A stretch of 64,000 nt of DNA. Source: Longimicrobiales bacterium (GTDB taxonomy: Bacteria; Gemmatimonadota; Gemmatimonadetes; Longimicrobiales; Gaopeijiaceae). Positions 48,806 to 57,329 of the stretch are shown here, one piece after another. The translations under genes and the position numbers were made by a program. The notes under the pieces were generated by a model that had not been told where the DNA came from, did not search any database, and saw only the letters and a list, made by a program, of their open reading frames with translations. Numbering within the stretch: position 1 is the first letter of the stretch; each line of letters opens with the position of its first letter. The stretch spans positions 672,001 to 736,000 of the forward strand of contig OZ220732.1 in NCBI GenBank assembly GCA_965116905.1, in the 5' to 3' direction.

Positions 48806-50008
48806 TCAGGATCGCGCCGCTACCACCTCATAAACCACCACATTCTGCACGTCCATTTCGTCCCTGAGCACCCCCAACACCAGCCCTCCGGTCACATCGA
48901 GGATTCGGAACCTGGGCGGAGTCTCAACCTGTCCCAGCCACTCCCCATCCGCGGAAATGACCGTGTACGGCGACCCCTCTTCCGGGTAGGCCGGCCGGTA
49001 GGAGGGCAACCATACGTTTCCGTCGGCGTCGGCGAAGGGGGTACCGAAGAGCGGTATCGGCTGTCCGATCATGGCACGATACCGGGCCATATCTCCCTGA
49101 ATGATCTCCTCGAGTCGGGCCTCGGATACTTCGAAGTTCATCCGGCTGATCATTCGGGTGTAGGCCTCGCCGTGCTCCAGGAGTTCCCCGGTCAGCAGGT
49201 TGGGCCCGGGCTGCCAGCGCACGATCTGCTCTACCGTCCCGTCCGTCCGCCGCCAGGTGATCTCGGGCCTGTCGGTCCTGGTGTAGACGAACCGCCCCGC
49301 GGCGGTCGTGACCTCGCCACTCGGCCGGATGATCGGCCTCGGCTGTCCCGACCGCTGTCGCGGGACGTGGTCGTACGACGCGACCGTGTCGAGCGCGCCG
49401 GTCTCGGTATCGAACAGGGTGATGTGCCCGGCGAGCCACTCCTCCTCTATATCGACCCAGGAACGGTAGGCGTATCGGTTCCAGAGCAGCAGCTCACCGG
49501 ATGAACCGATCCCCGCCACACCGAACTGGTGTCCCCGAGGGAGGCTCACGATGCGCGCGACCGAACCGCCCACAAAGAGAGTGAGGCGAGACAGGCGATC
49601 ATCGGGCACAAGGACGCTGTCCTGGCCCAGGACGAACAACGAGTAAGCGGAAATGACTTCGCCCGGTCCTTCCCCACGGCTGGCGAGGACCTCGTACGTC
49701 GTCCCGTCCGGACTCAAGACGACCACCTCGCCAGACCAATCGGCAACGACCGCGCGTCCATCGGGGAAGAGCCGGCCGGCGTCGGCGAACTGGAAGATGT
49801 AGTCGCCTGGGCCGCCGCCGTGGCGGTAGATCGGCCCTCCCGCGATGGCGAAGGGCGGCTCGACCTCGGGCACGCCCGTATACTGCACGATCCGGGCGCC
49901 GGCGCTGTCCGAGATCTGGACCGGGATGTCACGTGTGCCGGCGCTGTCTCCTTCGCAGGCGCCGAGGGCTGCCGACAGCATCAGAGCGCACTCGTGTCTG
50001 CGTCGCAT
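48806..50008 (-). CDS. 6-bladed beta-propeller lipoprotein (subfamily A; close paralog of 21169-22383)
   Basis: LGAC lipobox; long identical stretches such as TLFDTETGALDTVASYDHV and GTPFADADGNVWLPSYRPAYPEEGSPYTVIS. Confidence 0.75.
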   Translation of the reverse strand: MRRRHECALMLSAALGACEGDSAGTRDIPVQISDSAGARIVQYTGVPEVEPPFAIAGGPIYRHGGGPGDYIFQFADAGRLFPDGRAVVADWSGEVVVLSPDGTTYEVLASRGEGPGEVISAYSLFVLGQDSVLVPDDRLSRLTLFVGGSVARIVSLPRGHQFGVAGIGSSGELLLWNRYAYRSWVDIEEEWLAGHITLFDTETGALDTVASYDHVPRQRSGQPRPIIRPSGEVTTAAGRFVYTRTDRPEITWRRTDGTVEQIVRWQPGPNLLTGELLEHGEAYTRMISRMNFEVSEARLEEIIQGDMARYRAMIGQPIPLFGTPFADADGNVWLPSYRPAYPEEGSPYTVISADGEWLGQVETPPRFRILDVTGGLVLGVLRDEMDVQNVVVYEVVAARS

Positions 50009-50071
50009 TTCAATTCACCCGCTACCTAGTGCCTGTTTGGACAAGCGACAGCAAGTCCCCCGGTACTCTAC

Positions 50072-51562
50072 TCAAGTGATCACCGTCACCTGTGTCAAGG
50101 CCGCGCGGGCCGAAGAGATATCACCCCCCGCCATCGCCTCAATGAGGTCGGCCACCCATTCCGGCACCCCGAGGTCCAGCAAGAAACCGATGAAGGTCGC
50201 GTGGCAGTTAGGGTTGAGATGGGACAGAGCGGCCGTGGGCACCAAGGTGTTCAACAGCACGCGCGAGGCGGCGTAGTAGTCGTCGTCAAAATCCCAGACG
50301 CCGCTCGTGATACGCTGCTTCCGGAAGAAACCGGGAGTAGTCCAGGTACTGAGCACCGGCATCAAGTGTTCGTCTTTTCCCACACGGATCGCTGCCTCGA
50401 AATCGATGAGCCGAATGTCCCAACTATCGGCATCAACCATCACGTTGTTGCTGGACAGATCCGATATGATCACCCCACGGGCGTGGATTGCCTCGATGGC
50501 ATCGAGAAGCGACTCGGAGAGTCGATGGAACTTCGGTTGGATGTCGTTGAATGACATGCCGTTCCGCGCGTGGGGAAGCCACAAATTTTCAGGCTGACCG
50601 GCGGCAGTCCTCAGCATTACGCCTTGGATCTTCTCTGCCGCCATGAATAAGTGCTCCCACTCCCTGAAAAGCTTGATCGGGCGCACGGTGCAGTCCAATC
50701 CCTCTAGGTGTCGCAATACGTCGAACTCGTGCTCAAGGAGCAAATGGGAATCTATGGTGGCCGTTCCCCGCGTCGTCCGGTGCACGTGCGGTCGAGCCTC
50801 CTTGATAACGACCGTGCTCCCGGATTCCAGATCGATGGCTTCGTACACGCCCCCCCTGTTGTTGGCGGAGATCATCGCCGTGACCTCGAACGAGCCGCCG
50901 ATCACCGCTCCGTCGTCTTCTTCGCCGGACTCCTCGAAGGGATCTTCAACCCACGGCGGAAGCGAAAAAAATGCTTGGCGCTGGTCCCGCATCTCGCTCC
51001 CGTCCGGCCCCGTCAACACGGTGACCTCGAATCCGTCGGGCGTGAGTCGGCTTCGGGGCCTCATCCCTCCGTAGCGATAATACAGGACTTTGCTGTCTTT
51101 GTACCGTCGATCAGAGAGGATATACTGGCCTACAAAGTCCTTCCCTGCAGTCTCTTTGTACAGAGTCTCGAGCAGATTCAGGAATGCCTCATGGTTCGGT
51201 GGATAGATTGTTATGAACTTGCCTCCGCCACCCCGATCACGGTTTTTGCCGTTTTGGAATTCGAGAAGCTCAGGGCCGGCGGTGCATTTGAACGAAATGT
51301 CGCGTGCGACACATACTCTCGTCACGAGCCCTAAGAGCTCCTTTGCGCAATCAGGAATGCTAGAGACGTGGATCTTGAATCCCTGCTCAGGCACTTGGTG
51401 GACGAAGCGGTCGACCTGCAACCAGATATCGTGACGGCGGACATGCCACCCCGATTCCGGCAGGTATGATAGCACCTCATCCCGGAAATCACTCCGGACC
51501 GGCGCGAGAGCCGGCGCCTCGTACCATTGCTTGCTCGCTAACTGGTGCGCGTTTCTACTCAC
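50072..51562 (-). CDS. Stand-alone class III lanthipeptide lyase-kinase (LanKC N-terminal two domains, no cyclase)
   Basis: Lyase motifs QGFKIHVS, GKFITIYP, YILSDRRY...YYRYG; kinase motifs GGVY, VVIKEARPH, HARGVIISDLSSNN, IDFE; ends soon after the kinase domain. GTG start at 51562 inferred (track ORF starts at 51700). Confidence 0.88.
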   Translation of the reverse strand: MSRNAHQLASKQWYEAPALAPVRSDFRDEVLSYLPESGWHVRRHDIWLQVDRFVHQVPEQGFKIHVSSIPDCAKELLGLVTRVCVARDISFKCTAGPELLEFQNGKNRDRGGGGKFITIYPPNHEAFLNLLETLYKETAGKDFVGQYILSDRRYKDSKVLYYRYGGMRPRSRLTPDGFEVTVLTGPDGSEMRDQRQAFFSLPPWVEDPFEESGEEDDGAVIGGSFEVTAMISANNRGGVYEAIDLESGSTVVIKEARPHVHRTTRGTATIDSHLLLEHEFDVLRHLEGLDCTVRPIKLFREWEHLFMAAEKIQGVMLRTAAGQPENLWLPHARNGMSFNDIQPKFHRLSESLLDAIEAIHARGVIISDLSSNNVMVDADSWDIRLIDFEAAIRVGKDEHLMPVLSTWTTPGFFRKQRITSGVWDFDDDYYAASRVLLNTLVPTAALSHLNPNCHATFIGFLLDLGVPEWVADLIEAMAGGDISSARAALTQVTVIT

Positions 51563-51581
51563 GACGCTGGGATGTGAAGGG

Positions 51582-52748
51582 TCACGAGGTGACGATCGCC
51601 GATGGTGGACACTCGACGTCGCCCACAAGATCGACGAATGGATTAGCGGTCGGCTGGAGCAGCCGTTGAAAGAAAAGCCCCACTCCAGCAGTACCAGCAA
51701 CGATATCGTTGCTGATCCGAGACAACCAGCGATCCGGATACGCGAACCCTTCGGGCCGGGGAATCCGATACAGCAGCAACGTTCGAGCGATGTCGGCGCA
51801 CCGATCGAGATACTCCTCTTTCCCCGTAGCGATGAAACAGTCGAGCATGTATTCGCCTATGCCGGTGAGTCCGCTTTCGAGGCCCGGCTGAATGGTCCAA
51901 ATCGATGCAGTTGCCTCAGCGATCGTCTCTGCAATCTCGAGATAGCGACGGTCGCCCAGTCCTAAAGACATTCGTAGCGCAACCCCCCCAATTCCCACAG
52001 CACCGCTTCCCCAATACGGAAGCACGACATTGCCCCCGGCGTACGCCGGCCATGTCCATCCGTGAGAGCCATCCCGCCGATGCGCAAAATCGAACTCGAA
52101 GGCCTTGATCGCCGACTCGACGAAGCGATCCTCCCCTGCCGTGTGACCGGCGAGCATGAGAAACAGTCCAACCCCGCTGGCGCCGAATCCATAGCCAAGA
52201 GGAGCCTCCTCGCCAGACATCGGAGCCCAGGTCAGGCCAAGTTCCTCACGGATGGCCGTCTTCACCAGCCACTGGGCAGCGGAAACGGCCCCTTCCAGAT
52301 ACTCTTGCCGCTGGGTCTTTTCGAAGAAGTACAGGCTCGTCATTCCCCAGCCAGCGTCACCGTGGAACATGGACGCTTCCGAGTGACGTAGCGGAGAGGA
52401 GTAGCTCAACGATATTGCCTCCTCCGCCTTTCTCGTCATGCCCAGTTCGGACAAGCAGTATCCGATTCCCGCCAAACCTAGCCAATAACCAGGAGCATAT
52501 CTGTCCGTACTCAAGTGTTGTCGCTCAATCCACTTGACCGTAGGGGCCGCTAATCCTCTCCCCACACGATATAGGAACAGCGCAGGTCCAACGGCTCCGT
52601 GGGCCAAGCTCATGGGGTTTGTACCGAACACTTCAACACCCGCTGGCCATAGGCGATCCGTTCGCTCCGGCGTTGCCGTGGCTTCAACGTAGTCCGCCAT
52701 GCCGTCCAGTGTCTGGCGGATGTCCTCTTTCAACTCGCTTGGGATCAT
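51582..52748 (-). CDS. Stand-alone class III LanC-like cyclase domain (no Zn ligands)
   Basis: Repeated G-x-x-G helix motifs (SLAHGAVG, WLGLAG, FHGDAG, GFGASG, WGSGAVG, LESGLTG); C-terminal FAYPDRWLSRISNDIVAGTAG as in LanKC; no WCHG/CHG Cys/His; ATG at 52748. Confidence 0.85.
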   Translation of the reverse strand: MIPSELKEDIRQTLDGMADYVEATATPERTDRLWPAGVEVFGTNPMSLAHGAVGPALFLYRVGRGLAAPTVKWIERQHLSTDRYAPGYWLGLAGIGYCLSELGMTRKAEEAISLSYSSPLRHSEASMFHGDAGWGMTSLYFFEKTQRQEYLEGAVSAAQWLVKTAIREELGLTWAPMSGEEAPLGYGFGASGVGLFLMLAGHTAGEDRFVESAIKAFEFDFAHRRDGSHGWTWPAYAGGNVVLPYWGSGAVGIGGVALRMSLGLGDRRYLEIAETIAEATASIWTIQPGLESGLTGIGEYMLDCFIATGKEEYLDRCADIARTLLLYRIPRPEGFAYPDRWLSRISNDIVAGTAGVGLFFQRLLQPTANPFVDLVGDVECPPSAIVTS

Positions 52749-52830
52749 TGCATTCCGTAAAAAAGGCGTTCGTACCCAACAAGGCAGCCGCAGCCTGCCG
52801 CCAGGTGACGTTAGACGGGCTTGGATACCG

Positions 52831-52898
52831 GCGTGAGCCACCTGCACCGCGGGGTGAAACCGAAGAACCGACCGCCGCGGTGCAGGGTGAACTCACGC
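52831..52898. terminator. Long stem-loop between the precursor and cyclase genes
   Basis: CCTGCACCGCGG (52841-52852) pairs perfectly with CCGCGGTGCAGG (52875-52886); outer arm GCGTGAG/CTCACGC. Confidence 0.6.
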
Positions 52899-52909
52899 AA
52901 CCGGGGCAA

Positions 52910-53053
52910 CTAGTTGTCGCCGGTATCGTTGCAGTGGATGCTGATCTCGGACGGCTCCATTTCGCCGCAGTAATAGCTGTACTTACTGTCGACCAAGGCC
53001 GTCGGGTCGTCCTGCGCGACGCTCAGACGCTGCAAGCCGAGGATCCTGCTCAT
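52910..53053 (-). CDS. Class III lanthipeptide precursor (LanA), 47 aa
   Basis: AAGGAG RBS 7 nt upstream of ATG; MSRILGLQRLSVAQDDPTALVDSKYSYYCGEMEPSEISIHCNDTGDN; ILxLQxL leader; two S-x2-S-x2-C motifs. Confidence 0.9.
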   Translation of the reverse strand: MSRILGLQRLSVAQDDPTALVDSKYSYYCGEMEPSEISIHCNDTGDN

Positions 53054-53460
53054 GGTGTACTCCTTACCGCAGGGGTTCACTTAGTCAAGCTCCACAGCGG
53101 AACTCAACTCCAGGCGATCCGGCTCCAACTGGAAACCTAGTCTGAATCACCTGACGCAATGCTAACCTCCAGGGACCTGCTCCGCAAGTTGTTGGCAGGT
53201 TGTGTGTTAGGAGCATATCCATTGTCCGGTCACGCGAGCAAATAGCGTGGCCGGTCCTGGGGGATCCAAGGCTACGCACTTGGAATCCACAGGCGGATAC
53301 TGGCGCTCGATCTGGGCTATGCTGAAGCACGACTTCCGACCTCTACCTGGTGAGCGCCCGACACGTTAAGCAGGTCCTCGGCCGCAAGACGGGCGTAGGG
53401 ACTGCGAGTGGCTCGCGCAGCTTCTGGAGTGCGAGCTGCTCGAGAGCAAGTTGGAGCTCG

Positions 53461-55338
53461 CTAGCGATACCCAGCCGCTTGAAGGGCGAACAGTTCGGCG
53501 TACTGACCTTCGGCATCCATGAGCACTTCGTGGCTGCCTTGTTCGAATACCGATCCATCTCTGAGGACGATGATGCGGTCGGCCATTCTCACGGTCGAGA
53601 ACCGGTGACTGATCAGAACGCCGATTCTGCTCGAAACGAGATCCGAGAACCGTTGGAAGACCTCGTACTCCGCTCGGGCGTCCAGGGCAGCGGTTGGCTC
53701 GTCGAGAATCACTATCTGCGCGTCGCGCATGTATGCGCGGGCGAGAGCGATCTTCTGCCACTCGCCACCCGAGAGTTCAGCACCCGACTGGAAACGACGG
53801 CCTAGCAGTTGCTCATACCCATTCTCCAGTCCACTGATGACGCGGGCGGCCAAGCTCTTCTCGGCTGCGGCCACTACCCGGGCCATGTCGTTGTCGGCCG
53901 CAACGCACCCCACTGCAATGTTCTCGCGTGCTTTCAAGTCGTAGCAGAAGAAGTCCTGGAGGATGACTCCGAATGCTCCCCTCAAGGACTCCAGATCGTA
54001 CAGCTTGAGATCCCTTCCGTCTAACAGGATCCGGCCCTCCGTCGGATCATAAAGACGAGTCATGAGCTTCACCAATGTCGTCTTTCCTGCCCCATTCTCT
54101 CCGACTAGTGCAACGCATTCCCCCGGAGAGATTTCGAGCGATACATCACGGAGGGCCCATCGCTCGGACCCAGCGTATCGGAACCCGACGTTCTCGAACA
54201 CCAGACCACGTCGAATGGGATTGGATACGATTATTGCGTTCACCGGAGAGACAATCGTTGAACGAACCTCGAAAAACTCAAAGAGATCTTTGACAAACAG
54301 CCCCTGCTCGTAACCTTGCGCGACCCCCATCAAGATCCCGGTGATCAAAGTGCGACTACGCTGGAAAGCCCCGGTCAGGAATGCGAGCGTCCCAATGGTA
54401 ATGATGCCCATCGCGGCTTCGTAGACGATCGTGGCCACGGCGCCGTAGTAAGCCAACGTGGATACCGACGCCAACAGAATGCCGGTAACAGTACGACTCG
54501 TGGCAACTCGACGGTGTTCGGCAATGTAGTCGTTTGCCAATGTCGAATACCTGTCGGCCAAATGTTCGGATAGACCGAAGAGCTTAATCTCCTTTGCTGG
54601 CAGGATATCGGTTGCGAGCCATCTGTAGTATGCCAACTCTCGGCGCTCTCGCGTCCACTGAAACATGAATGAGTAGGTGATTCCAGCGTACTTGGCCTCA
54701 CCGAGCACCGCTGGTAGCGTCGCCAACAAGAGAATAAGGAGCAGCCAAGGCTGGAAGGCGATGATTGCGGCAAGGAGAGACATCACCGTTACCGACTGCT
54801 GGCCGATCGTTAGAACCTGGGACAGTAGAGTGACGCGTCGGGACGTATGCACCCTCGCTCGCAAGAGCTTGTCGAAGAAGCTCGGATCTTCCAGCCTCTC
54901 TAGGTCAAGCACTCCGGCGTGACGCATCAAACGCACGGACAACTCGTTCGTGAAAAGTTCGCCTAGAAGATTCTCAAGCAGGCTTCCGATGCGTTGCAAC
55001 ACGTCCGACAGAAGGGCGATCGCCAACTCGAGTAGCACGAGCTTGATCAACAGTCCCCAGTTCAGAGGTGGCGACTGGACGCTGACGACGACGGCGTCGA
55101 TGATGAGCTTGCCTACCCACAGCATCGCGATTGGCATGAGCCCGACTAGTACGCGAACGGTCACGATTCCCAATGCGTAAGTGGGCTTAGTCGACCAGAC
55201 CAGCTTTACGAAGCGGGCGATGCTGCGAAGGGCCGCGAGCCGCTCCTTGATCGGCGGTATCGGCCGACCGTCACGGGTCCTAGGCCGATAAAAGGCGCCC
55301 GGCGTCACGGCAAGTGCTCGGGTGCCGTGGTGGCGCAC
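53461..55338 (-). CDS. ABC exporter (fused TMD + NBD, no C39 peptidase domain)
   Basis: TM helices; GENGAGKT, LSGGEWQK, ILDEPTAALD, ISHRFST. Confidence 0.9.
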   Translation of the reverse strand: MRHHGTRALAVTPGAFYRPRTRDGRPIPPIKERLAALRSIARFVKLVWSTKPTYALGIVTVRVLVGLMPIAMLWVGKLIIDAVVVSVQSPPLNWGLLIKLVLLELAIALLSDVLQRIGSLLENLLGELFTNELSVRLMRHAGVLDLERLEDPSFFDKLLRARVHTSRRVTLLSQVLTIGQQSVTVMSLLAAIIAFQPWLLLILLLATLPAVLGEAKYAGITYSFMFQWTRERRELAYYRWLATDILPAKEIKLFGLSEHLADRYSTLANDYIAEHRRVATSRTVTGILLASVSTLAYYGAVATIVYEAAMGIITIGTLAFLTGAFQRSRTLITGILMGVAQGYEQGLFVKDLFEFFEVRSTIVSPVNAIIVSNPIRRGLVFENVGFRYAGSERWALRDVSLEISPGECVALVGENGAGKTTLVKLMTRLYDPTEGRILLDGRDLKLYDLESLRGAFGVILQDFFCYDLKARENIAVGCVAADNDMARVVAAAEKSLAARVISGLENGYEQLLGRRFQSGAELSGGEWQKIALARAYMRDAQIVILDEPTAALDARAEYEVFQRFSDLVSSRIGVLISHRFSTVRMADRIIVLRDGSVFEQGSHEVLMDAEGQYAELFALQAAGYR

Positions 55339-55510
55339 GTGAACGCGCCGCGTTCCAGCATCGCCCAGCTCTTCAACGGCCTCTCCGTCTCAACCCTTGG
55401 GGTGCACTTCCTGGCCAACTTGCCTACTCAAACGTTAGGGGAGCTGGCTGGAATACTGGCATTCCCCGACATTCGGCCTGAACGGATATGCTCGGGGGAA
55501 TCGGCCAGGT

Positions 55511-55744
55511 CTACGACGAGACAACGAAGGAACGATCCGTGCAGAACCCAAAAGCGACCGCAACACCGGAACACGCGCAACCCCTTGGCTTGCTACACTG
55601 CTTGTCTCGAGAAATGCAACTATCGCCGCACGGCTTCCCCGTTCGGCAGACCCGGCAACATGACGTTGTTGGCTCCGTCGTCGTACAGGACGCGGAACCG
55701 AAGACCAACAGCATTGCGAGGGCCACAATGACGGGTGCCTTCAT
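55511..55744 (-). CDS. Small Cys-rich putative lipoprotein
   Basis: AGGAGG RBS; MKAPVIVALAMLLVFGSASC...CCRVCRTGKPCGDSCISRDKQCSKPRGCAC. Confidence 0.7.
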   Translation of the reverse strand: MKAPVIVALAMLLVFGSASCTTTEPTTSCCRVCRTGKPCGDSCISRDKQCSKPRGCACSGVAVAFGFCTDRSFVVSS

Positions 55745-55880
55745 CAGTCTGGAGCCTCCTGCCGTACGTGAGCGCAATCCGGACATCCGAAGTGTCGGCC
55801 GCCGGCCAGTCGCGCCTGCCTGATATAGACCAGAACCCCCGATTCGCCGGGGCCGCTTCCCCCTATGGACATCACGTACT

Positions 55881-57050
55881 TCAACTAGAGGGCACGGTGT
55901 GCCGCTTTGGATTCGAGACGGCATGGACATCCTCGTCCCGCACGCTCAACCTCGCGATGCGCCAAGGGGGGAAGTCCTTGTTGATCAGCAAGTAGAGAAA
56001 CCGTCCTCCCCCCAGAACCACAGAGTTTTCGGGCAGCGGCACGTCCTGATACAGCCCGGTACCAGTGTGGCGGTCATAAAGGTCAATCAGCACATGAGAC
56101 CACCGGAATGCCGTTCCTTGTGTCGCGTCATAGGTGGCCCTCGTAAACATGAGGTGGCGTTCAACCACATCGATTCGGTGAATGAATTCGAAACTGGCCA
56201 GGAAGTCACCAAACGAGGCGCCGTAGGCCTCGGAGCCCGCGAGAGCGCCTCCCTCCAACACCGGGATCGGCCGAAACGACTCTGAAGGCTCACCAATCAC
56301 GCCCACGGTATCTCCGTCAACGTTGAGGATCGTCGCAGGAAAACGGGCACCCGACATCGCGTAGATGGAGTCACCGCCGACCGCAATCGGCGTTCCCACC
56401 ATCGAACTCCAGTATGGCCTCTCATGTGTGAGGAACGGGTAGTTGAAGCCGCTCCAAGCCAGCTCCGCGCCGATGAGCCGATGAAGGATGGGCGGGCGGC
56501 CGCGCGAATCAAACCATGTTTCGTGATCAGCAGCCCGCGTCATACGTACTATCAGGTCCGGGCCCATCGCGATCACGCTCGTGGCCGGTCCAGGTATTGG
56601 CAACAGTGTGTCCGACTGCAGGTCACTGGTCAGGTAAGTCAGGTTCGACTGCAGAGAGTTCGGTACCACGATTGCGCCGGAAGCCGTTTCGGCAACACTG
56701 TTGATCCAGCGGAATTCGAAAGGACCGTCGCCGAATCTGCCAAACGATGCGACCAATCGACCGTTCTCGGCGTAGCGCCGAATCCTTGGCAGGAGATTGT
56801 CGCCAACAACGAAGCCTCCGTCCCGAAGCTCCGCAAAGGCGCCGATTTCGGCGATGGAATCGCCTGGGTCTTCTTGTAGTTCGATAACGTCCTCGACTTC
56901 GAACACCTGCTCGAAGGTCGCCGAGACCGGCTCCAAGTCGTCCGTGGACTCCGCTGCCTGCCCGCAAGCCACGAGCAGCGACGCAATTGGGATCGCAGAT
57001 AGGCAGCACTGGCGTGCCGGCCCACGACGGTCGTTCAAGACCGACATCAA
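55881..57050 (-). CDS. 6-bladed beta-propeller lipoprotein
   Basis: LVAC lipobox; YAENGRLVASFGRFGDGPFEF. Confidence 0.65.
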   Translation of the reverse strand: MMSVLNDRRGPARQCCLSAIPIASLLVACGQAAESTDDLEPVSATFEQVFEVEDVIELQEDPGDSIAEIGAFAELRDGGFVVGDNLLPRIRRYAENGRLVASFGRFGDGPFEFRWINSVAETASGAIVVPNSLQSNLTYLTSDLQSDTLLPIPGPATSVIAMGPDLIVRMTRAADHETWFDSRGRPPILHRLIGAELAWSGFNYPFLTHERPYWSSMVGTPIAVGGDSIYAMSGARFPATILNVDGDTVGVIGEPSESFRPIPVLEGGALAGSEAYGASFGDFLASFEFIHRIDVVERHLMFTRATYDATQGTAFRWSHVLIDLYDRHTGTGLYQDVPLPENSVVLGGGRFLYLLINKDFPPWRIARLSVRDEDVHAVSNPKRHTVPSS

Positions 57051-57069
57051 GCTCGAGTGTTATCGAAGG

Positions 57070-57312
57070 TCAGTTAACGATGATCTCATCTAGGCAGCAG
57101 ATGTAGTTGTAGGTATCGCAACTATCTCCAACACAACGATAGCGCTGGTTGGGATCACCATAAGCCCCATCCACACAATACTCATCTTCAGCAGGGCAAT
57201 ACCCGTCGCTAGCTCTCACTGGCACAGGCTCTACCGTCGCGTAGGCGATCATCAGCGCTACTGCCAGCGCTGTTGCGCACGCCGCACGCATCCACTTACT
57301 GATGGCGTTCAT
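57070..57312 (-). CDS. Secreted Cys-rich mini-protein (6 Cys)
   Basis: AAGGAG RBS; signal peptide ending near VRA; mature SDGYCPAEDEYCVDGAYGDPNQRYRCVGDSCDTYNYICCLDEIIVN. Confidence 0.75.
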   Translation of the reverse strand: MNAISKWMRAACATALAVALMIAYATVEPVPVRASDGYCPAEDEYCVDGAYGDPNQRYRCVGDSCDTYNYICCLDEIIVN

Positions 57313-57329
57313 TCTGGTCTTCTCCTTGG

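Noticed and set aside
21169..50008. Diversity-generating retroelement acting on the near-identical propeller genes
   Set aside because: In the block compared (NRFPSSLW vs NRYAYRSW) differences are not adenine-specific, and no reverse transcriptase gene is present
51582..52748. Reading the cyclase as a class I LanC or class IV LanL cyclase
   Set aside because: The Zn-binding Cys/Cys/His motifs are absent (YWGSG, LESG), there is no LanB, and the C-terminus is LanKC-like
50072..52748. Split LanKC as a simple frameshifted pseudogene
   Set aside because: Domain order is reversed relative to a fused LanKC, and both ORFs are open with the main motifs intact
52619..53140. 173-aa plus-strand ORF spanning the precursor
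   Set aside because: Antisense shadow of the precursor and cyclase genes; no motif, while the minus-strand peptide has an RBS and class III features
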